Shown: positions 1 through 9,451 of the stretch, one piece after another
Numbering within the stretch: the stretch's first letter is position 1
Layout: each line of letters begins with the position of its first letter
Assembly (NCBI GenBank): GCA_001604405.1
Contig: LVBL01000017.1
Span: 3,364 to 67,363, forward strand
DNA length: 64,000 nucleotides
Reading direction: 5' to 3'
Origin: Spirochaetales bacterium Spiro_10
GTDB taxonomy: Bacteria; Spirochaetota; Spirochaetia; Treponematales; Treponemataceae
Program-made: the position numbers and the translations under genes
The notes under the pieces: model-generated
The model's input: only the letters and a program-made list of their open reading frames with translations
Told to the model about the DNA's origin: nothing
Databases searched by the model: none

Positions 1-274
1 CGGTATTCGTCGGGGTAATATACAGGTCGAGGGAATCCTGTTCCAGGGACTTGAGCATCCTTCCGATCGGCAAAAACTCGAAGGAGGCCGTATACCCGCC
101 CCGTCTCAGGGCCTCGGCGGCCACGAGGTTGATGATGCCGCCCTTCTCGGTTATGAGCGGGGGCTGGTCGCCCAGATAAATCCTGACTACCGGCCGCGCC
201 CCGTCGGGCTGACCGTACACGGAAACCAGACAGACGACACAGAGAATGGCGAATGCGCGCAGAGTCTTTCCCAT
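1..274 (-). CDS. solute-binding-like periplasmic protein, N-terminal fragment (gene runs off window start)
   Basis: Own translation of the minus strand from ATG at 272-274 gives MGKTLRAFAILCVVCLVSVYGQPDGARPVVRIYLGDQPPLITEKGG... This is a signal peptide followed by SBP family-3-like sequence. No stop occurs before position 1, so it is absent from the ORF track because it is open-ended. Confidence 0.5.
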   Translation of the reverse strand, partial: MGKTLRAFAILCVVCLVSVYGQPDGARPVVRIYLGDQPPLITEKGGIINLVAAEALRRGGYTASFEFLPIGRMLKSLEQDSLDLYITPTNT

Positions 275-329
275 ACCTCAAGTATAGGGCAGAAAAAACA
301 AATCTCAAGCCGTCGGATGCCGATATCCC

Positions 330-1547
330 CTATTGGGCCAAATCCACGGCCGGGTCGCCGGCGGCTTCGAGGAGGCGGTTGCCGAAAAAACGTATGCCGA
401 GAAGTCCGAGTGGAGCGGTAAAGAGGATCGCGACGACGGCGATCGCCAGGATTACGTCGCCCTCCGGAACGCCGCGGCTGAGGGCCACGCCGCCGAGGGC
501 CGCCTGTACCGTCGCCTTCGGGAGATAGGCGATGGCGCAGAAAAGGCGCTCGCTGAAGGTCAGGGGCGATGACGCGGTCGCGATGAACACGCCGATCGAG
601 CGGAAGGCGAGACCGCACGCGACGACGAGAAGGCCCTTTGCCCCGGCCCCGACCGCGACGGCGGGATCGAGCGAGAAGCCGATCATCACGAAAAGGACGA
701 TCTCGGCGAATACCCAGATCTTCGAGAGCTTCGCCGAAAGCTCGTGCGCGACGCGTTCGTGCCGCTCGAGCATCACGAAGCCCGCCGTCATGATGCCGAG
801 CAGGGCCGCGAAATGCAGGCTGTCGCCGACCTCGACGAGAAGCGTCCCGCACACGAGAAGGATGAGGGCCTTCTCCGTCGCGCGGATCCGCGCGTAGTGC
901 CTTTTGAAGAAAAAGGAAAGCGCGAGCCCGACCGCTATTCCGGCGACGATTCCCAACACGATCGATACCGGAACGGAAAGCGCCGCCGCGAGGACATTGG
1001 TCTGGCCTCCGGTCGCGAGGGCGAGAAAAACGGAAAACAGCGTGATCGCGAACACGTCGTCGATCGAGGCGCCGGCCATGATTATCGTCGGGACGTCGTT
1101 CTTCTCGCCGCGCCGCCGGGCTTTCAGGTCGAGCATGGACGGCACGACGACGGCGGGGGATACGGCGGCGAGCATGAAGGCGGTGAGACCCGAAACGGCC
1201 CATCCGAATCCGAAGACATAATGAAACAGGACGGTGAGCGAGCCCCCCTCGATGACGCACGGTACCCATGACATCAGGAAGGCCGTAAGTCCGACCTTCT
1301 TGAGGGTGACGCGGCTTATTCCCAGGCCGGCCCGCAGGAGGATGACGATGAGGGCGAAGGATTTCAAGAAGGGATTGAGTTCCCACAAAACCGGCGAGGC
1401 GACGGGCTTGAGGAAGACCGCGCAGACCACGCCGAAGACGACCATCCCGAGGATGGCCGGCAACCCAAGCCGCGAAAACAGCTTTCCCGCCAACCAGCCG
1501 CCGGAAAGCACGACCGCCAAGGTTACGCTGAAACTCAACTGATCCAT
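330..1547 (-). CDS. cation:proton antiporter (Na+/H+ exchanger family)
   Basis: 405-aa polytopic membrane protein (MDQLSFSVTLAVVLSGGWLAGKLFSRLGLPAILGMVVFG...) typical of the CPA family. Confidence 0.85.
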   Translation of the reverse strand: MDQLSFSVTLAVVLSGGWLAGKLFSRLGLPAILGMVVFGVVCAVFLKPVASPVLWELNPFLKSFALIVILLRAGLGISRVTLKKVGLTAFLMSWVPCVIEGGSLTVLFHYVFGFGWAVSGLTAFMLAAVSPAVVVPSMLDLKARRRGEKNDVPTIIMAGASIDDVFAITLFSVFLALATGGQTNVLAAALSVPVSIVLGIVAGIAVGLALSFFFKRHYARIRATEKALILLVCGTLLVEVGDSLHFAALLGIMTAGFVMLERHERVAHELSAKLSKIWVFAEIVLFVMIGFSLDPAVAVGAGAKGLLVVACGLAFRSIGVFIATASSPLTFSERLFCAIAYLPKATVQAALGGVALSRGVPEGDVILAIAVVAILFTAPLGLLGIRFFGNRLLEAAGDPAVDLAQ

Positions 1548-1618
1548 GATGCCCCCCGAAACCGCGCTACGGCATGGTCAGCTCATGGTATCGGATGAAA
1601 GAAAGTGGCTCAAGAGCC

Positions 1619-1996
1619 CTATCGCTCGAGGACGAACGGCCAGTCGCTGATAGCCCCGAGATCGCGCACGTTCGAATAGCCCAGATCGCGCAGGGTTTTG
1701 GCAGCTATCTCCGAACGCCGTCCGCTCCGGCAGTATACGATGACCTTCGAATCCTTCGCGGGGATTACCCCGGCCGCCGAGGCCTTCGTTATCTCGTCGA
1801 AGGGAAGCAGGACCGCCCCGGGAATCCGCGCGGAACGGTACTCCCCCTCCGTGCGCACGTCTATCAAAATGGCGGGAGGCCTGCCCGCGAGCTGCTGGCG
1901 GGCCTCGGCCGGCGTGATCCGCGCGTCAGGGGATCGCGCGAAGATTCCAAAAAGCGAAACGGCAAGTAATGATACCGTCGACAGCATTCTTTTCAT
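1619..1996 (-). CDS. rhodanese-domain sulfurtransferase, secreted or lipoprotein-like
   Basis: ILIDVRTEGEYRSARIPGAVLLP...VIVYCRSGRRS contains the active-site loop CRSGRRS. Start placed at the internal MKRMLSTVSLLAV signal peptide. Confidence 0.8.
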   Translation of the reverse strand: MKRMLSTVSLLAVSLFGIFARSPDARITPAEARQQLAGRPPAILIDVRTEGEYRSARIPGAVLLPFDEITKASAAGVIPAKDSKVIVYCRSGRRSEIAAKTLRDLGYSNVRDLGAISDWPFVLER

Positions 1997-2053
1997 ACAC
2001 GCCTCCGTATACTGAAAGTATACGCCATGCAAACACCTGAGTCGGTGATTAGG

Positions 2054-2365
2054 TCACGTACCGACAAGGGCGCAAAACGCGGGATCATGCGGTATCCGGT
2101 TGTTATCGAGGTAGTTTCGTATAATCGCGTCCGCCCCCGGCGCGAGCGAGACGAACCGCGTTCCGAAATCCTCGCGTACCGACACGAGGCCGGCGGAACA
2201 AAGCACCCTGATATGCCCGTCCGTCTCGGAAGCGGCGGCGGGCACGCGCCTGGCCAGGGCCTCGGCCGTATACTCGCCGCAAGCAAGAACGCGAAGTATA
2301 AACGCGCGAACGGGATCGGACACGGCCTCTACAAGCTTTTGCCCCTCATGAAAGGTTATCGTCAT
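2054..2365 (-). CDS. ArsR/SmtB-family transcriptional regulator
   Basis: 103 aa with a winged-HTH pattern (VSDPVRAFILRVLACGEYTAEALARRV...HIRVLCSAGLVSV). Adjacent to the rhodanese gene. Confidence 0.7.
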   Translation of the reverse strand: MTITFHEGQKLVEAVSDPVRAFILRVLACGEYTAEALARRVPAAASETDGHIRVLCSAGLVSVREDFGTRFVSLAPGADAIIRNYLDNNRIPHDPAFCALVGT

Positions 2366-2548
2366 ACCGCACCTCCTCTACTCCGGACTTACTATCACCG
2401 ACACAATAATACGGCCGAAAACGGGCCTGAACAATCGCCCGATTGTTAGAATTTCATGAGTTATACGCAGGAGGATTTTGCCTGAAGGCGTGATATCATG
2501 AGTATGGCGACCCGGTCACCAAATCACGTTTCAAAAAGGAAGGGAACC

Positions 2549-3847
2549 ATGAAGACGCTATTCCCGGGCAGAACGCTCGCCACGCTGTGCATCATCATGC
2601 AACTGACGGCTCTTTCCGCGTTCGCCCAGACGGGTGCCGCCGGGGAACCGGACATCGACTCGCTGATCCGTCTGGGAGAGGAGGCGACGGAGTCCCTCCG
2701 CGAGTTCGCCTCCGTCATGGAGGAGGAGGGCCGCAAGACGGACCTCCGGGTCGCCCTCGTGGAGGCGGTCAAACAGGACGATCTCGCCGCATTACGGGCG
2801 GCTGAGGCCAGGGGCGCCGACCTGAAATACGTACAGCCCATGACGGGAGAGACGATCCTCATGATCGCCTCCTATTGGGGTGCACTCGACTGCGTCAAAT
2901 ACCTCGTCCGGTCCGGACTCGATCCCCGCAAAAAGACGGTGACGGGATCCACGAGCCTTCACGCCGCGTGCATGCTCGACCGCGAACATGTCGGGCCGGA
3001 ATACGCGCGGCTCCGGAAAAAGAAGGCGGAGGTAATCCGCCATTACGTCTCGGCCGGATACGGCAAGCCGAAGGACATCGCGTGGAACGTCGTGTGGAAC
3101 GTGGCGCACCTCGCGGCGAGCATGGACAACCCCGAGGCCCTCGAGGCCCTCAAGCAGTCGGGTATCGACACCGACGCGCCGATGGAGCCGCTACAGATCA
3201 GGCCGCTCGCGATGATCGCCGGCAACGCGAAACTCGAGACCGTCAAGGCCCTTGTCAGGCTCGGCGCACAGGTCTCGGCGGAAACCGGATACGGCACGAC
3301 GGCTCTCGACGCGGCGATATCCGGGGAAAACGGGCCGGTCGCGGAATACCTCGCGTCCGTCGGAGCGAAACGGGGAACGCTCGCGGGCATCGTCGACGAA
3401 GCCATGGCGGAGGCAGAGCGCGAGGAACGGGAGGAACGCGAATCACTCGAGGCAAGCGGCTTTTCAAACGAGGGGATGCCGCTACTGCTCGCGTGCATGG
3501 AGGGAAACCTCGCGCGCGCGCGGGAGCTCGTCGCCGGGGGAATGAGTCCGAACTTCACCCTCCTCGAGACGACCCCGCTCATCTCTTCAATATCCGCCGA
3601 CAAGTCGCCCGAGATCGCCAGATTTCTTCTGTCAAAAGGCGCCGATCCGAACCTCGCGACCGATGGCGGGCTTACCCCGCTCATAGCCGCATGCATGATT
3701 CCCAGCCCCGCGTTCGTCAAGGTCCTGCTTGCCTCGGGTGCCGATCCGAACCTCGGCATGGGGGGACTGACTCCGATCGAGTTTGCCCGCATGTCGGAAA
3801 GCGCCGAGGTCGAGTCGCTCCTTAAAAAAGCCGGAGCAAAGAGATGA
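2549..3847 (+). CDS. secreted ankyrin-repeat protein
   Basis: Signal peptide MKTLFPGRTLATLCIIMQLTALSAFAQ preceded by AAGGAAGGGA. Multiple ANK-like units (GETILMIASYWGALDCVKYLVRSGLDP, TPLISSISADKSPEIARFLLSKGADPN, LTPLIAACMIPSPAFVKVLLASGADPN). Acidic EREEREERE linker. Confidence 0.8.
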   Translation: MKTLFPGRTLATLCIIMQLTALSAFAQTGAAGEPDIDSLIRLGEEATESLREFASVMEEEGRKTDLRVALVEAVKQDDLAALRAAEARGADLKYVQPMTGETILMIASYWGALDCVKYLVRSGLDPRKKTVTGSTSLHAACMLDREHVGPEYARLRKKKAEVIRHYVSAGYGKPKDIAWNVVWNVAHLAASMDNPEALEALKQSGIDTDAPMEPLQIRPLAMIAGNAKLETVKALVRLGAQVSAETGYGTTALDAAISGENGPVAEYLASVGAKRGTLAGIVDEAMAEAEREEREERESLEASGFSNEGMPLLLACMEGNLARARELVAGGMSPNFTLLETTPLISSISADKSPEIARFLLSKGADPNLATDGGLTPLIAACMIPSPAFVKVLLASGADPNLGMGGLTPIEFARMSESAEVESLLKKAGAKR

Positions 3848-3886
3848 ACACGCCGTACAACCGCGCCTACGCGCGGAGGCTTCCGT

Positions 3887-3948
3887 CCTAACCGGCCGCT
3901 CACGGACACCTAACAATCCGGGCGGCCCTAACCGAATTCTAACAATCC
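3887..3948 (+). promoter_or_regulatory. direct repeats CCTAAC(C/A) upstream of pstS, candidate Pho-box-like PhoB sites
   Basis: CTAAC cores start at 3888, 3910, 3928 and 3939 (spacings 22, 18, 11 nt). CTAACAATCC occurs twice (3910-3919 and 3939-3948). About 100 nt upstream of the pstS ATG. Confidence 0.3.
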
Positions 3949-4044
3949 AATCACGCAATACTCACGGCCCTTGCCTATCCTTCGTATCGTGACGGAGAGG
4001 GATTTCCCGGATGGGGACTCCCCCCGGAACGCACGGAGGTAGAT

Positions 4045-5040
4045 ATGAAACGAATCGCAGCGGCCGCCCTCATCGCGCTCGCCGGAGCGCTCATCGCGAC
4101 TAACGTCGTAGCCGAGGACGCGAAACTCAAGTACGCATGGATCGACAAGGTTTCCGACGATCCCGACAAGATCCTTCCCGGCGTCGATCCGACGAAGGTA
4201 ACCGGGGCCATCGTGACCTCGGGCTCGTCGACGGTATTCCCGCTTTCCGAGGCGGTCACCGAACTTTTCGTGAAGGAAGGCTATACCGGACAGGTAAGCA
4301 TCGACTCGATCGGCTCGGGCGGCGGTTTCGAGCGTTTCGGCAAGGGCGAAATCGACATCGCCAACGCCTCGCGCGCCATCAAGAAGTCCGAGGCGGAAAA
4401 GGCCGCTGCCGCGTTCGGCAGCGCCCCGCTGGAAATCAGGGTCGGAACCGACGCCATCGCGGTATGCGTCTCGAAGAAGAACAAGTTCGCCAACGACCTT
4501 ACTATGGAAGAACTCGCCAAGCTCTTCTCCGACGCGACGTACTGGTCCGACGTGCGCGCTTCCTTCCCCAAGAAGGAAATCAAGCGCTACACCCCCGGAA
4601 CCGACTCGGGAACCTTCGACTTCTTCACCGAGGTCGTTCTCGCCAAGAAGAAGGAGCCCCTGCTTCTCGCCAAGAACCTGCAGATGTCCGAGGACGACAA
4701 CGTCCTCGTCCAGGGAATCCAGGGTTCCGAATACGCGGTCGGTTTCTTCGGTTACGCGTACTTCGTCGAGAACAAGTCGAAACTGAACGCCGTCTCCCTC
4801 AAGGGGATCGCCCCGAACCAGGAGAGCGTGGACAAGGGTACCTATCCCCTCGCGCGGCCCCTGTTCATCTACACCACGCCCGCCACACTCGCCGCGAAAC
4901 CCCAGGTAGCGGCCTATGTCGACTTCTATCTCTCGAACGTGAACCGGGTCATCAAGAAGGTCGGATACTTCCCGGCCCCCCAGAATGATCTTCTGGCAGC
5001 CAAGAAGGCCTTCCTCGCGGCGATCGCCGGCAGGTACTGA
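4045..5040 (+). CDS. pstS: phosphate ABC transporter substrate-binding protein
   Basis: Signal peptide plus GSSTVFPLSEAVTELF and IDSIGSGGGFERF motifs. SD GGAGG upstream. First gene of the pst operon. Confidence 0.92.
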   Translation: MKRIAAAALIALAGALIATNVVAEDAKLKYAWIDKVSDDPDKILPGVDPTKVTGAIVTSGSSTVFPLSEAVTELFVKEGYTGQVSIDSIGSGGGFERFGKGEIDIANASRAIKKSEAEKAAAAFGSAPLEIRVGTDAIAVCVSKKNKFANDLTMEELAKLFSDATYWSDVRASFPKKEIKRYTPGTDSGTFDFFTEVVLAKKKEPLLLAKNLQMSEDDNVLVQGIQGSEYAVGFFGYAYFVENKSKLNAVSLKGIAPNQESVDKGTYPLARPLFIYTTPATLAAKPQVAAYVDFYLSNVNRVIKKVGYFPAPQNDLLAAKKAFLAAIAGRY

Positions 5041-5043
5041 TCC

Positions 5044-5970
5044 ATGGAGGGCAGGGTGAACAAAACGCTCGGCGCGAAGGACCTCGCGAGCGGGAAACGG
5101 CCCGCGGAGGCCGCGATACGGGGATTCCTCTTTTTCGCGGCGACGGTGTCCGTGCTCACGACGGCAGGAATCGTGCTGACGCTCGGCAAGGAATCCCTGC
5201 CCTTCTTCCGCGAGGTACGCCTCGCGGAGTTCTTTCTCGAAACGAGGTGGCAGCCCCAGATAGATTCCTTCGGGATACTGCCCCTCTTCACCGCGACGCT
5301 CGTAACGAGTCTCGTCGCGATGGCGGTGGCCCTGCCCGCGGGGCTTTTTTCGGCGATTTATCTTTCCGAATACGCGAGGCCCCGCGTTCGCAACGCGCTG
5401 AAACCCGTTCTCGAGGTGCTCGCGGGGATTCCCTCGGTAGTGTACGGATTCTTCGCCCTTCAGACGGTCACGCCCATCCTGCAGGGACTCTTCGGCAGGG
5501 ACGGCGTGGACGTCTACAACACGCTCTCGGCGGGCCTTGTGATGGGAGTGCTGATCCTGCCGCTCATATCCTCGATGTGCGAGGACGCCCTCTCGTCGGT
5601 TCCCGGAGCCCTTCGCGAGGGGGCCTATGCCCTCGGGGCGACCAAACTCGAGGTCTCGTTGAAAATCGTTTTGCCCGCGGCCTTCTCGGGCGTGTCGGCG
5701 GCCTTCATAGTCGGCCTTTCGCGCGCGGTCGGCGAGACGATGATCGTCGCTCTCGCGGCCGGAGCGGGACCGAACCTTACGCTGAATCCCTTCCGGGCGG
5801 CCGAAACGATGACCGGACACATCGTCCGCATCTCCGGCGGGGATCTCTCGTACGATTCCATCGACTACAACTCGCTGTTCGCGATCGGCCTCGTGCTCTT
5901 CGCGATCACCCTGGCGCTCAACATATTGTCGAACCACCTCGTGCGGAAATACCAGGAGGTATACGAATGA
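5044..5970 (+). CDS. pstC: phosphate ABC transporter permease PstC
   Basis: 308-aa permease with an EAA-type loop (EGAYALGATKLE). Confidence 0.92.
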   Translation: MEGRVNKTLGAKDLASGKRPAEAAIRGFLFFAATVSVLTTAGIVLTLGKESLPFFREVRLAEFFLETRWQPQIDSFGILPLFTATLVTSLVAMAVALPAGLFSAIYLSEYARPRVRNALKPVLEVLAGIPSVVYGFFALQTVTPILQGLFGRDGVDVYNTLSAGLVMGVLILPLISSMCEDALSSVPGALREGAYALGATKLEVSLKIVLPAAFSGVSAAFIVGLSRAVGETMIVALAAGAGPNLTLNPFRAAETMTGHIVRISGGDLSYDSIDYNSLFAIGLVLFAITLALNILSNHLVRKYQEVYE

Positions 5971-7223
5971 ACGATATCGCGCGGCGGCACCGCGACGGAA
6001 AAATAATGGCGACGATATTCGTCGCGGCGACCGGGTTCGCCATCCTGTGCCTCGCCATACTCATCGTATCGGTCCTGGACCAGACCGCCGGCTACGTGCT
6101 CGTAGAGTACGAAACCCTTCCCGAGTACGTCCTTCCGTCGGTAGACGGCGGCGAACCCACCGGGGACCCGGCAACGACGGCGAAACTCGATTCGCTCGAC
6201 TCGGCCGCGCTCGTCTCGGTGCTGGAGGAAAACGTCAGTTCCCGGCGGCTCAAGGCGCTCGACATCGAGCGGCCGCTCGCCGAACGCGGGCGAAACGGCC
6301 TTGCCGCCCTCGTCCTCGCGGAGGTCCTCGAGCCGACAGTCGTCCGAAGCTGGTCCTTTTTCGATTCGATGACCAAGCGAAGCAAGATATTCGAGTGGGT
6401 CGAGGAGAACGGAGAGGGCGGAAACCTCTCCTTCAGGTACTGGATGAACCCCTCTTTTCTCGGCGCTTCCCAGTCGTCGAACGCCCTCTTTGCCGGCATC
6501 CGGAGCGCGATTCTCGGATCCCTCATGACGATAGTCCTGACCATAGTCGTCGCCTTCCCGATCGCACTGGGGGCGGCCGTGTATCTCGAGGAATACGCCA
6601 AGGACAACCTGTTCAACCGGATAATCAAGACGAACATCTACAACCTTGCCGGAGTCCCGTCCATCATCTACGGAATGCTCGGGCTCGGCATCTTCGTGCG
6701 CGTCCTCTCGCCCCTCACCTCCGGCGCGATATTCGGGGTGACGGGAGGCAATTCCTCGGGCGACGGCCGCACGGTCCTCTCCGCCGCGCTCACGCTCGCG
6801 CTTCTGCTGCTGCCGACCATCATCATCAACGCCGAGGAGGCCATACGGGCGGTGCCCCGCACCCTCCGGGAATCCGGCTACGCCTTGGGCGCCACGAGAT
6901 GGCAGGTGGTCGCGCACCACGTGCTCCCGGCATCGATGGACCGCATCCTGACCGGAACGGTTCTCGCCGTCTCGCGCGGCATCGGAGAAACGGCGCCGCT
7001 CGTGCTCGTCGGCGCCGCGACCTTCCTCACGAAGGACCCGACCGGCGCCTTTTCCCGTTTCACCACGCTTCCGATACAGATATACCAGTGGACGGCGCGG
7101 CCCCAGGCGGAATTCAGGAATCTCGCCGCGGCGGCCATCGTCATCCTCCTGCTTCTCTCGTTATCGATCAACGCCACGGCCATTGCGCTCCGCAACAAGT
7201 TGCGCGCGGAGAAGAGGGGGTAA
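5967..7223 (+). CDS. pstA: phosphate ABC transporter permease PstA (long periplasmic insert)
   Basis: Start ATG at 5967 overlaps the pstC stop (ATGA). Sequence MNDIARRHRDGKIMATIFVAATGF..., with C-terminal ESGYALGATRWQ and GIGETAPL motifs. Confidence 0.9.
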   Translation: MNDIARRHRDGKIMATIFVAATGFAILCLAILIVSVLDQTAGYVLVEYETLPEYVLPSVDGGEPTGDPATTAKLDSLDSAALVSVLEENVSSRRLKALDIERPLAERGRNGLAALVLAEVLEPTVVRSWSFFDSMTKRSKIFEWVEENGEGGNLSFRYWMNPSFLGASQSSNALFAGIRSAILGSLMTIVLTIVVAFPIALGAAVYLEEYAKDNLFNRIIKTNIYNLAGVPSIIYGMLGLGIFVRVLSPLTSGAIFGVTGGNSSGDGRTVLSAALTLALLLLPTIIINAEEAIRAVPRTLRESGYALGATRWQVVAHHVLPASMDRILTGTVLAVSRGIGETAPLVLVGAATFLTKDPTGAFSRFTTLPIQIYQWTARPQAEFRNLAAAAIVILLLLSLSINATAIALRNKLRAEKRG

Positions 7224-7226
7224 GCA

Positions 7227-7991
7227 ATGAACGACTCTAACGCGTCCTTCGCCATAGAGACGAAGGGAATGAATTTCTTTTACGAGTCCTTTCACGCGGT
7301 CATAGACCTTGACATGAGGATCGCCAAAAACCGGGTGACGGCCATTATCGGTCCGTCGGGCTGCGGCAAATCGACCGCGCTCAGGTCGTTCAACCGGATG
7401 AACGACCTCATCCCGGGCACGCGCGTGGAGGGAGAAATCCTCTTCAACGGAATGGACATCTACGATCCGTCCGTCGATCCCGTCCGCCTGCGTCGCTGGA
7501 TCGGCATGGTATTCCAGAAGCCGAACCCCTTCCCGAAAAGCGTGCGCGAGAACATCGCCTGGGGGGCGCGCATCAACGGATTCAAGGGCGACCTCGACGA
7601 GCTGGTGGAAACGAGCCTGAAAAAGGTCTACCTCTGGGACGAGGTCAAGGACAAGCTCAAGAAGAGCGCCTACGACCTTTCCGGCGGTCAGCAGCAGCGG
7701 CTGTGCATCGCGCGGGCCATCGCCGTCGAGCCGGAGATCCTCCTCATGGACGAGCCGACGAGCGCGCTTGACCCGATTTCCTCGGGCAAGATCGAGGACC
7801 TGATGACGGAGCTCAAGGAGCGCTATACTATAATCGTCGTGACGCACAACATGCAGCAGGCGGGACGCGTATCCGACGATACCGCGTTCTTCCTGAACGG
7901 CGTGCTCGTCGAGATGGGAGAGACATCGGACATCTTCTTCAACCCGAAGGACAAGCGTACCGAGAACTATATCTCTGGCCGCTTCGGCTGA
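7227..7991 (+). CDS. pstB: phosphate ABC transporter ATP-binding protein
   Basis: Walker [10 protein letters not shown], signature LSGGQQQRL, Walker [13 protein letters not shown]. Confidence 0.95.
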   Translation: MNDSNASFAIETKGMNFFYESFHAVIDLDMRIAKNRVTAIIGPSGCGKSTALRSFNRMNDLIPGTRVEGEILFNGMDIYDPSVDPVRLRRWIGMVFQKPNPFPKSVRENIAWGARINGFKGDLDELVETSLKKVYLWDEVKDKLKKSAYDLSGGQQQRLCIARAIAVEPEILLMDEPTSALDPISSGKIEDLMTELKERYTIIVVTHNMQQAGRVSDDTAFFLNGVLVEMGETSDIFFNPKDKRTENYISGRFG

Positions 7992-8069
7992 GAAAGGAAA
8001 CGGAATCCGCCTTCAAAAAAACCGGACGATGACGTATACTGGGACGAGAGGTCCCGAAGGAGTGCCACG

Positions 8070-8732
8070 GTGACGATGTCAAGAACGAATCTGGACGAGA
8101 AGATGGACCGCGTCAGGTCCGATATATTGCAGATGTCCTCGCGCGTCGAGGAGGATCTCAGAAAGGCGATCGAGGCGCTTCGCGAACGCGACGCCGAGCT
8201 CGCGGCCTGGGTGCGGGACGACGACGGAACGGTAAACGCCATGCAGGCGCGCGTTCAGGACATGGCCGGCACGCTCATGGCGACCCAGGGGCCCGTGGCG
8301 CAGGATCTCCGCGAGCTCGTCTCCTCCATCCGCCTCGCCGACAATCTCGAGCGGATGGGCGACTACGCCGTCCACCTCGCCAAGACGGCGATCAAGCTCA
8401 AGGATTCCGAATGGCCCAGGCAGTTCGCCCTTCTCGCCGAGATGGGCGAGCGCGGCTGCGAGATGATCCGCCTCATGACCGAGGCCTACCTGAGCCGCAA
8501 CGTCGAGGCCGCCGCCGCATGCGCAGCCATGGACGGCCGCGTCGACGAGATACACCACGAGATCATGGAGATCACCCTGAAGGACCTCAAGGCCTCGGCC
8601 GGCCAGGCAGAGGAGGCGATCAAGCTGATCCGCACCTCCGCCTTTCTGGAACGGCTCGCGGATCACGTCACCAATTCGTGCGAACTCGTCGCGTACATAG
8701 TGACGGGATCCCACGCCGAGTTCAACGACTAG
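8070..8732 (+). CDS. phoU: phosphate signalling accessory protein PhoU
   Basis: 220 aa with two PhoU repeats (ADNLERMGDYAVHLAK and FLERLADHVTNSCE). GTG at 8070 or ATG at 8076. Confidence 0.9.
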   Translation: MTMSRTNLDEKMDRVRSDILQMSSRVEEDLRKAIEALRERDAELAAWVRDDDGTVNAMQARVQDMAGTLMATQGPVAQDLRELVSSIRLADNLERMGDYAVHLAKTAIKLKDSEWPRQFALLAEMGERGCEMIRLMTEAYLSRNVEAAAACAAMDGRVDEIHHEIMEITLKDLKASAGQAEEAIKLIRTSAFLERLADHVTNSCELVAYIVTGSHAEFND

Positions 8733-8740
8733 GAAGGCCC

Positions 8741-9451
8741 ATGACGACCAAGGCATCCATACTGGTAATCGAGGACGAGCGCGACATCAGGGACCTCATC
8801 AGCTACAATCTCACGCGCGAGGGTTACTCGGTACGCGAGGCGGACACGGCCGAAAAGGGCCTCGAATACCTCAAGGCTCACAAGGCCGACATCGTCCTTC
8901 TCGACATGATGCTCCCGGGCATCGACGGTATCGAGGCCCTCAGGCGCATCCGCGCCGACAAGTCCACGGCCGTACTGCCGGTCATCATGGTAACCGCACG
9001 AAGCGAGGACGCCGACGTGGTCGCGTGCCTCGAACTCGGCGCCGACGACTACGTCTCCAAGCCCTTCTCGCCGCGCGTGCTGGTCGCCCGCGTACGGGCG
9101 CGCCTCAGGGAAACCGGTCGCGAGCGCGAGGGCGACGAGACCTTGCCCGAGTCGATCACGTCGGGCAACGTGGAGCTCGACGGCGCCCGTCACGAGGTTC
9201 GCGTGGACGGGAAGGACGTATTCCTCTCGGCTACCGAATTCGCGCTGCTCGCCTTTCTCATGAAGAATCCCTCCCACGTGTTCTCCCGCCAGAGGCTTAT
9301 CGACGCGCTTCACGGACCCGGATATCCCGTCACGGACCGTTCGATCGACGTTCAGGTGCTCGGGCTCAGGAAAAAGCTCCTCTCCGCCGGCGACTCGGTG
9401 GAGACCGTACGCGGCGTCGGCTACCGCTGGAAAGAAGGAAGGAACGCATGA
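8741..9451 (+). CDS. phoB: OmpR/PhoB-family response regulator
   Basis: MTTKASILVIEDERDIRDLI..., DIVLLDMMLPGIDG, and a winged-helix C-terminus ending VRGVGYRW. Follows phoU. Confidence 0.88.
   Translation: MTTKASILVIEDERDIRDLISYNLTREGYSVREADTAEKGLEYLKAHKADIVLLDMMLPGIDGIEALRRIRADKSTAVLPVIMVTARSEDADVVACLELGADDYVSKPFSPRVLVARVRARLRETGREREGDETLPESITSGNVELDGARHEVRVDGKDVFLSATEFALLAFLMKNPSHVFSRQRLIDALHGPGYPVTDRSIDVQVLGLRKKLLSAGDSVETVRGVGYRWKEGRNA

Noticed and set aside
187-1386. Long antisense or alternative-frame ORFs throughout the ORF track, for example 187-1386(-), 3928-5937(-), 16223-18808(+), 22911-25070(-), 26813-28804(-), 41115-42635(-), 42850-44313(-), 52042-53700(-) and 60381-62234(+)
   Set aside because: Their translations are Arg/Gly/Pro/Ala-rich and low in complexity. 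They overlap strongly supported genes on the other strand or frame. They are the expected stop-codon-poor shadows of a high-GC genome, and I recognised no family motifs in them.
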